From positions 3,956 through 67,955 of the forward strand of contig MHSA01000021.1 of the NCBI GenBank assembly GCA_001821135.1: a DNA stretch of 64,000 nt, written 5' to 3'. Made by a program: the position numbers and the translations under genes. This stretch comes from Candidatus Taylorbacteria bacterium RIFCSPLOWO2_01_FULL_48_100. Lineage in GTDB: Bacteria > Patescibacteriota > Minisyncoccia > Phycocordibacterales > UBA10002. The notes under the pieces are model-generated. The model was not told the origin of the DNA. It made no database searches and worked only from the letters and a program-made list of their open reading frames with translations. Below, piece after piece: positions 19,030 through 28,550 of this stretch (position 1 is its first letter; each line of letters starts with the position of its first letter).

Positions 19030-21195
19030 TTATGGGACTTGGATGTTGATGGTACTTACTGCACCAGAAATCTGAATTCCTGCAGTATCTGTAATTTCGG
19101 TTATAAGTCCGTAAGTTTCTCCTCTTGTTGCACTCGTAGGCGTAAATTCATATCCAACCGCAATCCGTTCTCCCGCCACTACATTAAATGTTTTTGTGGT
19201 CTTATAAAATCTCGGTTCATTGTTTACGAATTCTTCTTCAAGTTTTATTTCACCAGTCGTTTCATTTTTTACTCGCACAAGAATCTTTGAGAATTCTTGA
19301 CTAGGCGCAAAGTCCTTAAATACCCCGTTTTCCTTTTTCGTTATCATAACGCCAATCCGCGCATTGCTAAGCGGCTCGTTTATTGTGAATGCAGCGGCAT
19401 CCGTTTTTACTTCCACATTTACGCTCGCCGTGAGCGTCGGTGTAGTGTTTCCTCCTGTTCCTGTTGTTGCAGATGTTATCGGCGGCGGCTCTGCCGTAAC
19501 GCCCGACTGCGGTACCATACTCGCTGCATTGCCTTGTGTAGCTTTGCCGAATACTTCAACTTCTGCAATAGCAAGGGGGTGTACATCGCCAATATCAACT
19601 ATCCGTACATATCTACCCCTTTTAATGTTTGTGGTTTTAATGGAAAGTGTGTCGCCTGTAAAGTCCGAAGCGTTGTACTCTTTAGCGAATAGCACGGTTA
19701 ACGGGTCCGCGCCGAGGATTTCCACCTTGAATTTTCCTTGATTTAGCGTGTTTACATAAGTGCCCCAAGTTCCAACCGTCTTCCAGTCGCCTGTAAGACG
19801 ATAAATGACAATCTCGTTTATTTCATCAACTACCCATCCTTGTATTTTACTTGTTGCGTCAGTTTCAAGATCAACTCTCCAATAATTACCGCTTGTGCAA
19901 GCGAATGAGCCATAATAGATACTCCCTACTGCTTTTTGATTATTAACTGCCGCTTGTGCAAATGGGTCCTGCACTGTTATTGCTCCGAGCCTATCGCAAT
20001 TATCGAGTTGCGCCGCTTCTTTTCCTAACGCAATGTTCCCCGTTTTTATTTCAGAAAGAGATGTTACTCCGCCAGCTCCCGCGCTTCCTACTCGCTTGTT
20101 TATTTCCTGCCTCGTCGGGTCTATAGCGTTTGTCCCTGCCGTGTTGAGTAGCGCATCGTCTCCTTGATTTCCTTGTCGCTGTATTCGATCTTGTACTGTC
20201 ACAAAACTCTCTCCTGTTACAGTTACGCTCGCCTTGCTCGCGCCGCGGAGACCGCCTCTCGCTGACGAGAACACCTGTCGTAGCCCGTAATTCACGAGCG
20301 CTTGAAATACTTCGTTGATTTCGTCCGCCACCTCAAACTTGCGAAGTTCCGAACCAAACACATTATTTAGTTGGCCGTTTATAAGAGAGCCCGGAGTTTC
20401 CACTTTGTATTTAAGGCACACTTTCGCGCTGCCCTCCCCCGTTCCTTCGTTTGGACCCTCCGACCAATCAGTACATTTTTTATATGACAAAAATCCTCTT
20501 CCTTCAGAAAGCTCCCGCAGTTTTTCATTGGTTTTCCGCATAAGTTCCGTATTAAGCGCGTCGGATGCGAGAATGTACGCGCCGAATTGGTTGTTGCGCG
20601 GGTCTGAAGTAAGCGCGTGGAAGGTGTTCCACCCGCCGTTTGCGATAAACCCGCCACCCGTGAACGCACCATACGCATTCTTTTGAATATCAGTCAGGCG
20701 GCAGCCGATGTATTGCTTGCGCGATGAGCCGGTAGAAAGCCATAAGTTGAGCCGCAGGCGCAAGTCAAACGGACTGCAGAGGAGTTGCCCGATGCCCCCC
20801 AATTGCGTTTCAATAAAGTTTCCCGCAGTTATGTCCGCTATATTGGTGAAGAATCCTGCGGGGTCGGTTACGAACGCCGGGCCCCCCTCAAAATCGCTGT
20901 TTATCCAATCCACAATAGAGCCGGTAATTTCGTTAATAAGCGCTTCTTTGAGAAAAGTTACCAATCCGTCCAGAATACACTCTTTGGTGGTTTGCGAAGA
21001 TTGTTGGAGATTCCCATAGGATACTTGCAAAGCGACAGCGGCGTCGTAACTTGGCACAAAAAGTCCGAGAGGTGTCGGCGGCGGAGCAAATGGTATACAA
21101 CTAACAACCGCGTGAACGCGCTTGGTTGGTACAAAAAGCGCGGGAACTGCGATAGCGGTAGCAAGAAAGAAAATTGTAATTTTTTTCCAACGCAT
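19030..21195 (-). CDS. Large secreted protein (721 aa) heading the T4SS-like locus; function unknown
   Basis: Signal peptide MRWKKITIFFLATAIAVPALFVP. Cys-containing, with a C-terminal beta-rich / Ig-like region and a Thr/Pro-rich segment. Confidence 0.4.
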   Translation of the reverse strand: MRWKKITIFFLATAIAVPALFVPTKRVHAVVSCIPFAPPPTPLGLFVPSYDAAVALQVSYGNLQQSSQTTKECILDGLVTFLKEALINEITGSIVDWINSDFEGGPAFVTDPAGFFTNIADITAGNFIETQLGGIGQLLCSPFDLRLRLNLWLSTGSSRKQYIGCRLTDIQKNAYGAFTGGGFIANGGWNTFHALTSDPRNNQFGAYILASDALNTELMRKTNEKLRELSEGRGFLSYKKCTDWSEGPNEGTGEGSAKVCLKYKVETPGSLINGQLNNVFGSELRKFEVADEINEVFQALVNYGLRQVFSSARGGLRGASKASVTVTGESFVTVQDRIQRQGNQGDDALLNTAGTNAIDPTRQEINKRVGSAGAGGVTSLSEIKTGNIALGKEAAQLDNCDRLGAITVQDPFAQAAVNNQKAVGSIYYGSFACTSGNYWRVDLETDATSKIQGWVVDEINEIVIYRLTGDWKTVGTWGTYVNTLNQGKFKVEILGADPLTVLFAKEYNASDFTGDTLSIKTTNIKRGRYVRIVDIGDVHPLAIAEVEVFGKATQGNAASMVPQSGVTAEPPPITSATTGTGGNTTPTLTASVNVEVKTDAAAFTINEPLSNARIGVMITKKENGVFKDFAPSQEFSKILVRVKNETTGEIKLEEEFVNNEPRFYKTTKTFNVVAGERIAVGYEFTPTSATRGETYGLITEITDTAGIQISGAVSTINIQVP

Positions 21196-21288
21196 AATTC
21201 GCCTTGCGCTTTCGCGCGGCGTCTTCCGTGCCTATATTATATGTGGTTGGACAGTCAGATGGAAGTGGAAAACATTATTGCAAACCCA

Positions 21289-21410
21289 TCTCGCCCTTAT
21301 CATAAGGGGGAGTACCCGAGCGAAGCGAGGGGGAGGGGGTCTAACACAGAAACAAACAACCCCTCCGCCTCGCGGACTCGGCACCTCCACTTAGGAAAAG
21401 GGCAGGAGGT
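21289..21410 (+). repeat. R1 GC-rich structured repeat, copy 2
   Basis: tctcgcccttatcataagggggagtacccgagcgaagcgagggggagggggt…cccctccgcctcgcggactcggcacctccacttaggaaaagggcaggagg. Located between the 21416-22402 gene's 3' end and the 19030-21195 gene's start. Confidence 0.7.
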
Positions 21411-21415
21411 AAAAT

Positions 21416-22402
21416 CTAAATTCCAGATGTCGCTCTCCATAACGCATAGCCGTTTTCGTTTTCATTGTATGAGATGCCACGCGTTTCTAGAAAATTACGT
21501 AGCGCCGTAAGCGATTCTCCGAGGCGCGGCGCAGCATCCAAGTAGCGCGCAATCGCCGACACTGTTTTGATGGGGTCGTCTAATGCAACACTCATACCGC
21601 GAATACTCCCCCCTATTTCCATTGCTGTATTTGCAAAACGCAAATGCACGGCGAGCGCGCTTTGTGGAACTGATATTTTCATAGCCGCTTTTCCGAGATT
21701 GTTGTACGCAAGCGAAATCGGCGTTAGGTTCGCAAGGTCAAGCCGCGCGGTCTCTTGGTTCGGGTCTTGTATTGCACGCTCAAAAACCGCGAGTTCGTTC
21801 TCGCGCGACGGCCACGGCTTTTTGAGCACAGCGCCGAGCGTGTTTCCGTACGCGCGAAGCGCGCTTTCATTTTCTTCATTGAATATTTCTACATCTTTCT
21901 CCGTAAATAGTTGCGGGGCTTCCTCCGGAACGCTTGCCGACACGGTGTCTATAATTTTCGCAATTTCATTTTGCGAAAGCGGCAACCCTTCTTGCCTAGA
22001 TGATAGGTATGTAGCAAACAGTTCGCGCGCGAACCGTTCCGTATCGGGAATGTCTTTTTTCGCTTGCGGATTCACCTTTACGGCGATAGTTGCGGAATCA
22101 AGCAAGGCGTCTGCGCCGGCAATTAGCGGATTTCTCCCGCTTTTTATTTCCTCCGCGTCCCCCATTCCATCTACATCTGTATCCGGATTCAGCGGGTCAG
22201 TACGCCATAGTTCCTCCTCCCAGTCCTTCAAGCCGTCTTTATCGGAGTCGGCAATCAAAGCGGCGGAGCCGAGCGCGTCTGCCGGCGTTTTTGCTTGCGC
22301 AGATATTTCCTCTCCTTGGTTTTTATACTCGCCATATACAATAAAGCCGCCGAGTCCAGCAAGGACAGAAAGCGAAAAAACAAGAAAAGAGTGTTTGCGC
22401 AT
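21416..22402 (-). CDS. Secreted protein with thrombospondin-type-3-like Ca-binding Asp repeats
   Basis: Signal peptide. Repeats of the form DSDKDGLKDWEE, DPLNPDTDVDGMGDAEE. Confidence 0.4.
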   Translation of the reverse strand: MRKHSFLVFSLSVLAGLGGFIVYGEYKNQGEEISAQAKTPADALGSAALIADSDKDGLKDWEEELWRTDPLNPDTDVDGMGDAEEIKSGRNPLIAGADALLDSATIAVKVNPQAKKDIPDTERFARELFATYLSSRQEGLPLSQNEIAKIIDTVSASVPEEAPQLFTEKDVEIFNEENESALRAYGNTLGAVLKKPWPSRENELAVFERAIQDPNQETARLDLANLTPISLAYNNLGKAAMKISVPQSALAVHLRFANTAMEIGGSIRGMSVALDDPIKTVSAIARYLDAAPRLGESLTALRNFLETRGISYNENENGYALWRATSGI

Positions 22403-22443
22403 AGTGATTACATTAAGTATATACCTCGTGCTACAATTTTGGT

Positions 22444-23391
22444 ATGAAGCGTGTGTTTTCTTTTTATTTTTTTACAATACTCGGTTTGTTTTTTGTTTTT
22501 TCTGCTATACACGCAGAAGGATGGAAGTTTCCGCGCGAGATGCGACTAGGCGCTCGCGGTCCGGATGTTTTTGCGCTTCAGAGGACTCTCAACGAAAATA
22601 TGCAGACGCGCGTTTCGGAAAGAGACGCGGGTTCGCCAGGCAATGAGACGAATTATTTTGGACCGGCGACCGCAAGGGCAATTGTGGTATTTCAGCGACA
22701 AAATGCAATTACGGGAGAAACGGGGCGCGTTGGTCCGGCGACACTGGTGATGTTGAATAAAAAATTAGCGCAGAATATCAATCCCGTTAGAAGTAAGGAA
22801 CCTGTGGTTCCTGCCGATTTGCCTACGGCAAATCGGACTTCTAACGGGACACATCCCAACTCTCGCAACCTAGACCAATTTCTGGATATTGTTGAACAAG
22901 TAGGTGTAACACAAGGCCGTTCTGCGGGGGATTTACAAAAACTTTCGGAAGAAATGCGCTCCTTTGCGCTTTCTACCACCACTGATTTTTTTACTGAGTT
23001 CGCACAAAAAGCGCGCGGCAATTCAATCTCCATTTCTTTAGAATCGCCGTTCAAAAGCCGTATCGGCTCTTTGTTGGAAAAATTCGCTGGCGTGTTCGCT
23101 TTGCGGGCTGACGCGCAAGCACCGTCTTTCGGCGGAATGGTTGTTTATGTATTCCCATGTACTTGCAGCGGTAATTGGCTTGTGGGTATGGTTCCGTTAT
23201 CTATTCCGACTATTTCTTTAATCACTCACTATCAAGGCACTCAAGCTTTTGCTTGGTTTAATGCGCCATTCACATTGTTTATGAAAGGTAATTATATCCC
23301 GCAAGGCGCGCCGTGTTTGTTTACGGTACCGTTTGCGTGCATCCCACTTCCCTCGCAAGCGCAGACCACTCCTATACTTGGCTCATCATAA
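22444..23391 (+). CDS. Secreted protein with an N-terminal peptidoglycan-binding (PG_binding_1-like) domain and a Cys-containing C-terminal domain
   Basis: Signal peptide. PGBD-like block LGARGPDVFALQRTLNE…YFGPATARAIVVFQRQNAITGETGRVGPATLVML. Confidence 0.5.
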   Translation: MKRVFSFYFFTILGLFFVFSAIHAEGWKFPREMRLGARGPDVFALQRTLNENMQTRVSERDAGSPGNETNYFGPATARAIVVFQRQNAITGETGRVGPATLVMLNKKLAQNINPVRSKEPVVPADLPTANRTSNGTHPNSRNLDQFLDIVEQVGVTQGRSAGDLQKLSEEMRSFALSTTTDFFTEFAQKARGNSISISLESPFKSRIGSLLEKFAGVFALRADAQAPSFGGMVVYVFPCTCSGNWLVGMVPLSIPTISLITHYQGTQAFAWFNAPFTLFMKGNYIPQGAPCLFTVPFACIPLPSQAQTTPILGSS

Positions 23392-23450
23392 GTAGATAAA
23401 CATACGAATATACGAATGATACGAATCTGCGAATGGCTACGAATAATACA
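23391..23450. repeat. R2 element, left-arm half copy (overlaps the last codons of rsmA)
   Basis: agataaacatacgaatatacgaatgatacgaatctgcgaatggctacgaataatac. Confidence 0.6.
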
Positions 23451-24219
23451 AAGACAAACACCCCCATTGTGCAAGTGAAACATCCTCTGCGCGCGCGTTT
23501 TTTTCTACGCCGCATTTTTCTAGCATATCGGGAGTTATGCCTAAATTTGACGCGAGCAATTTGCGCGGATGCGCAAATCCTTTCTTGAGAACCGCAAAGA
23601 ATCTTTCTTCCGCAAAGTCAGCAAAAAACTTCTTTGATATACCCGATATTTTAAGAATCGCCGAATCCACCTTTGGCGTGGGCGAAAACGAGCCCGCTTT
23701 TACTGTGCCGATATATTTTGGTGTTCCGTAGCATTTTACGCTTATGGAAAGAATGGATTCTTTGTTTACCCCGCGTAGCCTTGGCGAAATGGGACCGGCA
23801 ACAATCCGTTTCGCAACCTCTTTTTGTAAAAGGAGAATCATCATGCTCGGTTGCATTTCGCTTTGCAGAAATTTTCGGAGAAATTGTCCGGTAATATAAT
23901 AAGGGATATTGGCGACTATTTTATAAGGAAACGGCTCGATTTTTTCAAGATCTAAAATATCGCAATGAATAAGTTCTAACTTTCCAGACGCAATTTCCTT
24001 CGCAAATCTTTTTTGCAAGACAGGAATCAGGTGCGAGTCCTTTTCTACCGCAACGACACGCCCGGCGCGTTCAAGAAGGAGCGCGGTCAAAACACCTTCA
24101 CCTGGTCCAACTTCCAGCACGGTGTCGGTCGGAACAAGCTCTGCCGCCGCGACTATTTTTTCTAACGCGCCGCGGTTTCGTAAGAAATGCTGGCCCAATG
24201 ATTTTTTACTACGAATCAT
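23437..24219 (-). CDS. rsmA: 16S rRNA (adenine1518/1519-N6)-dimethyltransferase
   Basis: Starts MIRSKKSLGQHFLRNRGALEKIV…VLEVGPGEGVLT, the canonical KsgA N-terminus and SAM-binding motif. The track's upstream extension (MLTIFIRIYLYISMHSYIGI) is a translated R2 repeat, so the start was moved to 24219. Confidence 0.85.
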   Translation of the reverse strand: MIRSKKSLGQHFLRNRGALEKIVAAAELVPTDTVLEVGPGEGVLTALLLERAGRVVAVEKDSHLIPVLQKRFAKEIASGKLELIHCDILDLEKIEPFPYKIVANIPYYITGQFLRKFLQSEMQPSMMILLLQKEVAKRIVAGPISPRLRGVNKESILSISVKCYGTPKYIGTVKAGSFSPTPKVDSAILKISGISKKFFADFAEERFFAVLKKGFAHPRKLLASNLGITPDMLEKCGVEKNARAEDVSLAQWGCLSLYYS

Positions 24220-24325
24220 AATACCAATATACGAATGCATACTAATATACAAATAGATACGAATAAAGATAGTGAGCATTCGTAGTCATTCGTATACATT
24301 CGTACCATTTGTAGATTGGTATATA
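24220..24325. repeat. R2 palindromic element, full copy; directly upstream of the rsmA start and encoding the last ~14 aa and stop of uvrD
   Basis: aataccaatatacgaatgcatactaatatacaaatagatacgaataaagatagtgagcattcgtagtcattcgtatacattcgtaccatttgtagattggtatatatc. The uvrD C-terminus …DIYQSTNGTNVYE* is read from the right arm. Confidence 0.75.
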
Positions 24326-26196
24326 TCTGCTTCCAGCAGATTTTCAGGAATATCAAAAATAAACTCGGAAGGCAAATTTACTTGCCGCGAACCGAACACA
24401 CTCCGCGCGCCCGCGTACGACAAGAATAATTTTTTGCGTGCGCGCGTGAGCGCCACATAGAAGAGTCGCCGCTCCTCCTCGGATTCCTCTTCTGTAATTT
24501 TGTCCGCATACAACCGAGCGTGAGGGAAAAGCCCGTCTTCAAGACCTGTAATGAACACAGTATCAAACTCAAGCCCTTTTGCCGCGTGTACCGTCATAAG
24601 CCGCACGGCATTTTTTTCTTCTTTCAACTCGTCTTGGTCGCTTTGGAGTGCCGCGTCTGCAAGGAATTGTTCCAATGCTTCGCGCCGTTCAATTCCGTTG
24701 TAACGAGTTGAAAAAGAAATAAGTTCGCGGATGTTTAGAAGCCGTTCTTCGTCTTCCCCGTCGCCATCTTTCAGTGCTTTTTCAAGCCCGCTTTCGGTTA
24801 AGACAAACTTGAGCGCGATGGATAGCGGCTCGGTTTCCAGTTTTTTCTTTATACGCGCGAGTAGCGCGCGGAATGCGGCGATTTTCGTGCGCGTTCCTAG
24901 GGTTATTCCACTTTCTTGTTTCGCGAGTATTTTGAGAAGCGTTACTTTACCGATACCGCGCGTTGGGACATTGATAATGCGTGCAAAGTCAGCGGTATCC
25001 GATTCGCTTAACGCCGCGCGGACATACGAAATAATGTCCTTCACCTCTTTTCGTTCAAAAAACCGCACGCCAATAACCTGATACGGAATATCAGCACCCA
25101 TAAATGCTTCTTCAAGTGCGCGGCTTTGGAAATTGGCGCGGAACAGCACAGCAATTTCTTTCGGTTCTGCCCCACCAGCAATCAATTCGCGCGATTTCTC
25201 TGCGACAAATTGCGCTTCGTGCGCCTCGTCAAACCCAGCAAACAGGTCAATTTTCTCTCCCCCTGAATTTTTCGTAAAGAGCGTTTTTTCCCGCCGATGC
25301 TTGTTCTTTTCAATCACGCGATTTGCGGCATCAAGAATCGTTTGCGTGGAGCGGTAATTTTCTTGGAGCGTTACCACTTTTGCATTCGGCCAGTCCTTTT
25401 CAAACCCCATAATATTTTTCATGCTCGCCCCGCGCCATTGGTAAATATTCTGGTCCACATCCCCCACAACTGCGATGTTTCTGTGCGCCTCCGCGAGCAG
25501 GCGCGCAATGTCGTACTGTACTCGGTTGGTGTCTTGATATTCGTCTATGTGTAGATATTTCCACTGTGTCTGATACGCCTCGCGCACGCCAGTTTCTTTT
25601 TTTAAAAGCAAAGCGGTCTTGAGGAGTAGGTCGTCAAAGTCCAGCGCTTTTTCTTCTGTAAGTATTTTTTCGTACGCGTCCCACACGCGCGACACGACAC
25701 GGGGGAAAAAATCGCTTGCGCGCTCCGCAAACTCATCTGCTGTAACACCCTCTCCTTTTTGTCGGCTGATGGCGCCAAGGATTTTCGGCGGTTCAAAATT
25801 CTTCGGGTCAAAACCAGCGATTTTAGTCGCTTGTTTTATCGCGCGTATGGAATCGCCTCGGTCAAAAATGGTAAAGCGTGGCGAAAGCCCCGCGCGTGTC
25901 GCATTGTCGCGCAAAATACGAACACCAAGAGAGTGAAATGTTGAAATAAACGGCAATTCCGTAACATCTGAAAGCAAGTTGCTAACTCTGTTTCGCATCT
26001 CTTGCGCCGCTTTATTTGTGAATGTAATCGCAAGAATAGATGACGGCTCAACACCGGTTTTTATTAAATGCAAAATGCGGTGCGCAATCACGCGCGTCTT
26101 CCCAGCACCCGCACCAGCGATAATCAAAAGTGGTCCGTCGCGGTGTTCCACCGCCTCACGCTGGCGCGGGTTCAATTCATCAAGATAAGACATCAA
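24286..26196 (-). CDS. UvrD/PcrA/Rep-family ATP-dependent DNA helicase
   Basis: 636 aa. N-terminal LNPRQREAVEHRDGPLLIIAGAGAGKTRV (helicase motif I) plus downstream SF1 helicase motifs. Confidence 0.85.
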   Translation of the reverse strand: MMSYLDELNPRQREAVEHRDGPLLIIAGAGAGKTRVIAHRILHLIKTGVEPSSILAITFTNKAAQEMRNRVSNLLSDVTELPFISTFHSLGVRILRDNATRAGLSPRFTIFDRGDSIRAIKQATKIAGFDPKNFEPPKILGAISRQKGEGVTADEFAERASDFFPRVVSRVWDAYEKILTEEKALDFDDLLLKTALLLKKETGVREAYQTQWKYLHIDEYQDTNRVQYDIARLLAEAHRNIAVVGDVDQNIYQWRGASMKNIMGFEKDWPNAKVVTLQENYRSTQTILDAANRVIEKNKHRREKTLFTKNSGGEKIDLFAGFDEAHEAQFVAEKSRELIAGGAEPKEIAVLFRANFQSRALEEAFMGADIPYQVIGVRFFERKEVKDIISYVRAALSESDTADFARIINVPTRGIGKVTLLKILAKQESGITLGTRTKIAAFRALLARIKKKLETEPLSIALKFVLTESGLEKALKDGDGEDEERLLNIRELISFSTRYNGIERREALEQFLADAALQSDQDELKEEKNAVRLMTVHAAKGLEFDTVFITGLEDGLFPHARLYADKITEEESEEERRLFYVALTRARKKLFLSYAGARSVFGSRQVNLPSEFIFDIPENLLEADIYQSTNGTNVYE

Positions 26197-26215
26197 GAAA
26201 ATATAGCACAGATAA

Positions 26216-26243
26216 AGAAAAATCCCCCAGCGGGGATTTTTCT
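26216..26243. terminator. Bidirectional intrinsic-terminator-like hairpin (aaaaatcccccagcggggatttttct)
   Basis: A perfect 6-bp GC stem with an A-run on one side and a T-run on the other. Nearly identical in form to the hairpin at 49229-49250. Confidence 0.4.
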
Positions 26244-26249
26244 GTGTTT

Positions 26250-26376
26250 CCTCTCGCCCTTATCCTAAGGGGGAGTACCCGAGCGAAGCGAGGGGGAGGG
26301 GGTCGTTCCCGCAAAACCAAATCCACCCCTCCGTCTCCCTACGGGAGACACCTCCCCTTAAGTTAATGGCAGGAGG
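26250..26376 (+). repeat. R1 GC-rich structured repeat, copy 3
   Basis: cctctcgcccttatcctaagggggagtacccgagcgaagcgagggggagggggtcgttcccgcaaaaccaaatccacccctccgtctccctacgggagacacctccccttaagttaatggcaggagg. Confidence 0.7.
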
Positions 26377-26384
26377 AAAAAATA

Positions 26385-28370
26385 CTACCTCCCACCAAAA
26401 AACGCCTTCACAAACCCCCACACATCTGATTCTGGAATGCCTGCGCCGGCAAGTTGTTGAGAAATACCGATGAATGCTCCGGCTTTATACACAATTTCTT
26501 TGGAAACAGATGATGAACAGTTGTCTGTTTCGGTTCCAATACAGAGGCGGAAGTAGTATGAGCCGACGCCAGCAGTCCATGTGTGGGAGACGGTCTGTGT
26601 TCCGCCTGCGGCAAGATTAGCAATCGGGCCGACATTTGCGCTGAAGTCATACCAATTTGCGTTGTTAGATGAGTATTGGAATCGCGCTGGAACTGAGGAA
26701 GTGAGCGCGCCTCCACTGTTTGATACAGTTGAGGTAAGTGTCAGTTGTCCCGCGTAAAGCTTCCCTTCTGTCGCATCTTCTCCTGATATGCTAGGCGTGC
26801 TTGCGTTTAGTTTTGGTGAAGCGGTAGTTGTTGTCGGTGTTGTTGTGGCGGTTGTTGTGGCGGTTGTTGTGGCGGTTGTTGTGGCGGTTTTTGTTGGAGC
26901 TGTTGTTGTTGGTTGCGTAACATTCACCGTTACTGTGTCGGATGCCGTTGCGCTACCGCCATCTTGTTTACAGGTAACTGCATATGTTTTAGAAACAGTC
27001 GCAGTAGTGCGAATCGCCCCAGTCGCTTCCCCAGTTACATCTCCATTACACTGTTCAATCTTTCCAGTGGTTGTATATGAAAGCGCAATCGCTGTTCCAG
27101 CCGCTACTGTTATTGGGCCGTCGCTTGGAATGCTGTTGTTTGTGTATGCTTTGAGGTCTACGGTAATGGGGCTTGCTGGGGCGGTGATGGTGAAGTAGGA
27201 GTCGCTTTCGTCGAAAGCGGCATAAGTGTTTTTCTGCATATTGGAGCAATAGAGGTCAGAATTTGATTGCGGACAAAGTCCGATTTGTAATTTGTAATTG
27301 CCAGTTCTTTGTGCTTCCGGTATTCTCCACTGATAATTTGTTATCCCGGGCGAGAATATCTCCTGACCTAGACCGACAGAAAAATATCCGTCTGGGCCGA
27401 GTAAATTAAGTACAAATTTGTATCCTGCTGATGCCCCTCTCCAAGAAATTGTCTGTGTGGAACCTGTCTGCCAACTCTCTCCCCCATTCGGACTCAACAC
27501 AGTAATACTCGGCTGCGCGGAGGTGGCGGGGGCAGATGAATATATCGTGAATCTACCACCACTGATAGGAAGCGACCCACTTACAGAAGCGGATGTCCTA
27601 ATGGCAACAACTCTAACTGAAAATTCCTTACCATCATATTGACTTATATTAGGGGCCATAACTACACCAAAAGTGAAAACTTGTCCTTCATCAGGGATAA
27701 AACCGGAATAAAGCGCCACCGCTTGATTATTGGTATTGAACGGAATAGGGACAATTGGACCAGATGGTATTGGTGCCACTGTGGTGGAGTAGTTGGAATT
27801 TTCTGGGAAGATAACTACACCAGCAAATGCGTTACGAGGTGCTGTACCAGTTAACTCTAGAACAAAACCTTCAATTTTTTGTAATGGCTTACCACTACTT
27901 TTCAAGGTGATATGGGTTGTCCTAACTGCTGTTCCACTCGCAATGTTTTCCATAGTAGAATTCATTGCTGGAGAAACCTGAATCTCTGTTTGTGTCACCG
28001 GAATCGGCGCGGTAACCGTTGCCTGTCCCGACACATTTACCACCACACTATCATCATCGCGCTCGCCTTCTTTGTTGATGCACGCGACTTTAATAACTGC
28101 GGAACGGCTAATGCGCCCGGCGACTGTGCCCGACAATTTAATATCATTTTTAGACCAATTGCCTCGGCATCGGCTTGCGCCTTCTGATATCCAACTCACG
28201 ACAATGCGACTTCCTTTCTCTACAGTAACAGGCCCATCCTGCCCGTTCACTTTCATATCTACCGACACCGTCTCAAATATATTCTCAAACCCGACATCCT
28301 GCGCCTTTGCGACTGCAACAAACGCAAACACTGCAATACCGACTGCGCCGACATAAAGGAGTTTCCTCAT
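26385..28370 (-). CDS. Large secreted/cell-surface protein with a Thr/Ala-rich linker encoded by a 12-bp tandem repeat
   Basis: Signal peptide MRKLLYVGAVGIAVFAFVAVAKA. Internal TTTAPTKTATTTATTTATTTATTTPTTTT linker encoded by (GTTGTTGTGGCG)x4 at about 26839-26886. The N-terminal ~90-aa domain is paralogous to the C-terminus of the fragmented gene at 31654-32973. Confidence 0.5.
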   Translation of the reverse strand: MRKLLYVGAVGIAVFAFVAVAKAQDVGFENIFETVSVDMKVNGQDGPVTVEKGSRIVVSWISEGASRCRGNWSKNDIKLSGTVAGRISRSAVIKVACINKEGERDDDSVVVNVSGQATVTAPIPVTQTEIQVSPAMNSTMENIASGTAVRTTHITLKSSGKPLQKIEGFVLELTGTAPRNAFAGVVIFPENSNYSTTVAPIPSGPIVPIPFNTNNQAVALYSGFIPDEGQVFTFGVVMAPNISQYDGKEFSVRVVAIRTSASVSGSLPISGGRFTIYSSAPATSAQPSITVLSPNGGESWQTGSTQTISWRGASAGYKFVLNLLGPDGYFSVGLGQEIFSPGITNYQWRIPEAQRTGNYKLQIGLCPQSNSDLYCSNMQKNTYAAFDESDSYFTITAPASPITVDLKAYTNNSIPSDGPITVAAGTAIALSYTTTGKIEQCNGDVTGEATGAIRTTATVSKTYAVTCKQDGGSATASDTVTVNVTQPTTTAPTKTATTTATTTATTTATTTPTTTTASPKLNASTPSISGEDATEGKLYAGQLTLTSTVSNSGGALTSSVPARFQYSSNNANWYDFSANVGPIANLAAGGTQTVSHTWTAGVGSYYFRLCIGTETDNCSSSVSKEIVYKAGAFIGISQQLAGAGIPESDVWGFVKAFFGGR

Positions 28371-28490
28371 CTCGTTAGAGACAGGTCGCGGTCGCCCGCT
28401 TCCCCATCCCGTATGGTTTAATTAACTTTGTAATAAAAATTGAACTAATACGAAAATATAAACCCTCCGCGACCGCTGTCTCTAACGGGA
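28371..28490. repeat. TIR-bounded start-codon-abutting cassette (family R4), copy A: CTCGTTAGAGACAGGTCGCGGTCGC…[AT-rich]…GCGACCGCTGTCTCTAACGGGAT
   Basis: 11-12-bp terminal inverted repeats, subterminal GCGGTCGC/GCGACCGC repeats and an AT-rich core. The inner terminus abuts the ATG (28368-28370) of the surface-protein gene. Confidence 0.65.
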
Positions 28491-28550
28491 TTCATACACC
28501 ACAAGAGTATATCACTGGGGGCGTGCTTATAGACACTGTGGATAAGTGCG

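Noticed and set aside
21567-22646. 359-aa + strand ORF
   Set aside because: It is entirely antisense to the well-supported 21416-22402 secreted-protein gene. The Ser-rich low-complexity translation is typical of an antisense frame in GC-rich DNA.
26788-27198. 136-aa + strand ORF (VVVVGVVVAVVVAVVV…)
   Set aside because: It is the antisense reading of the Thr-rich tandem repeat inside the 26385-28370 surface-protein gene.
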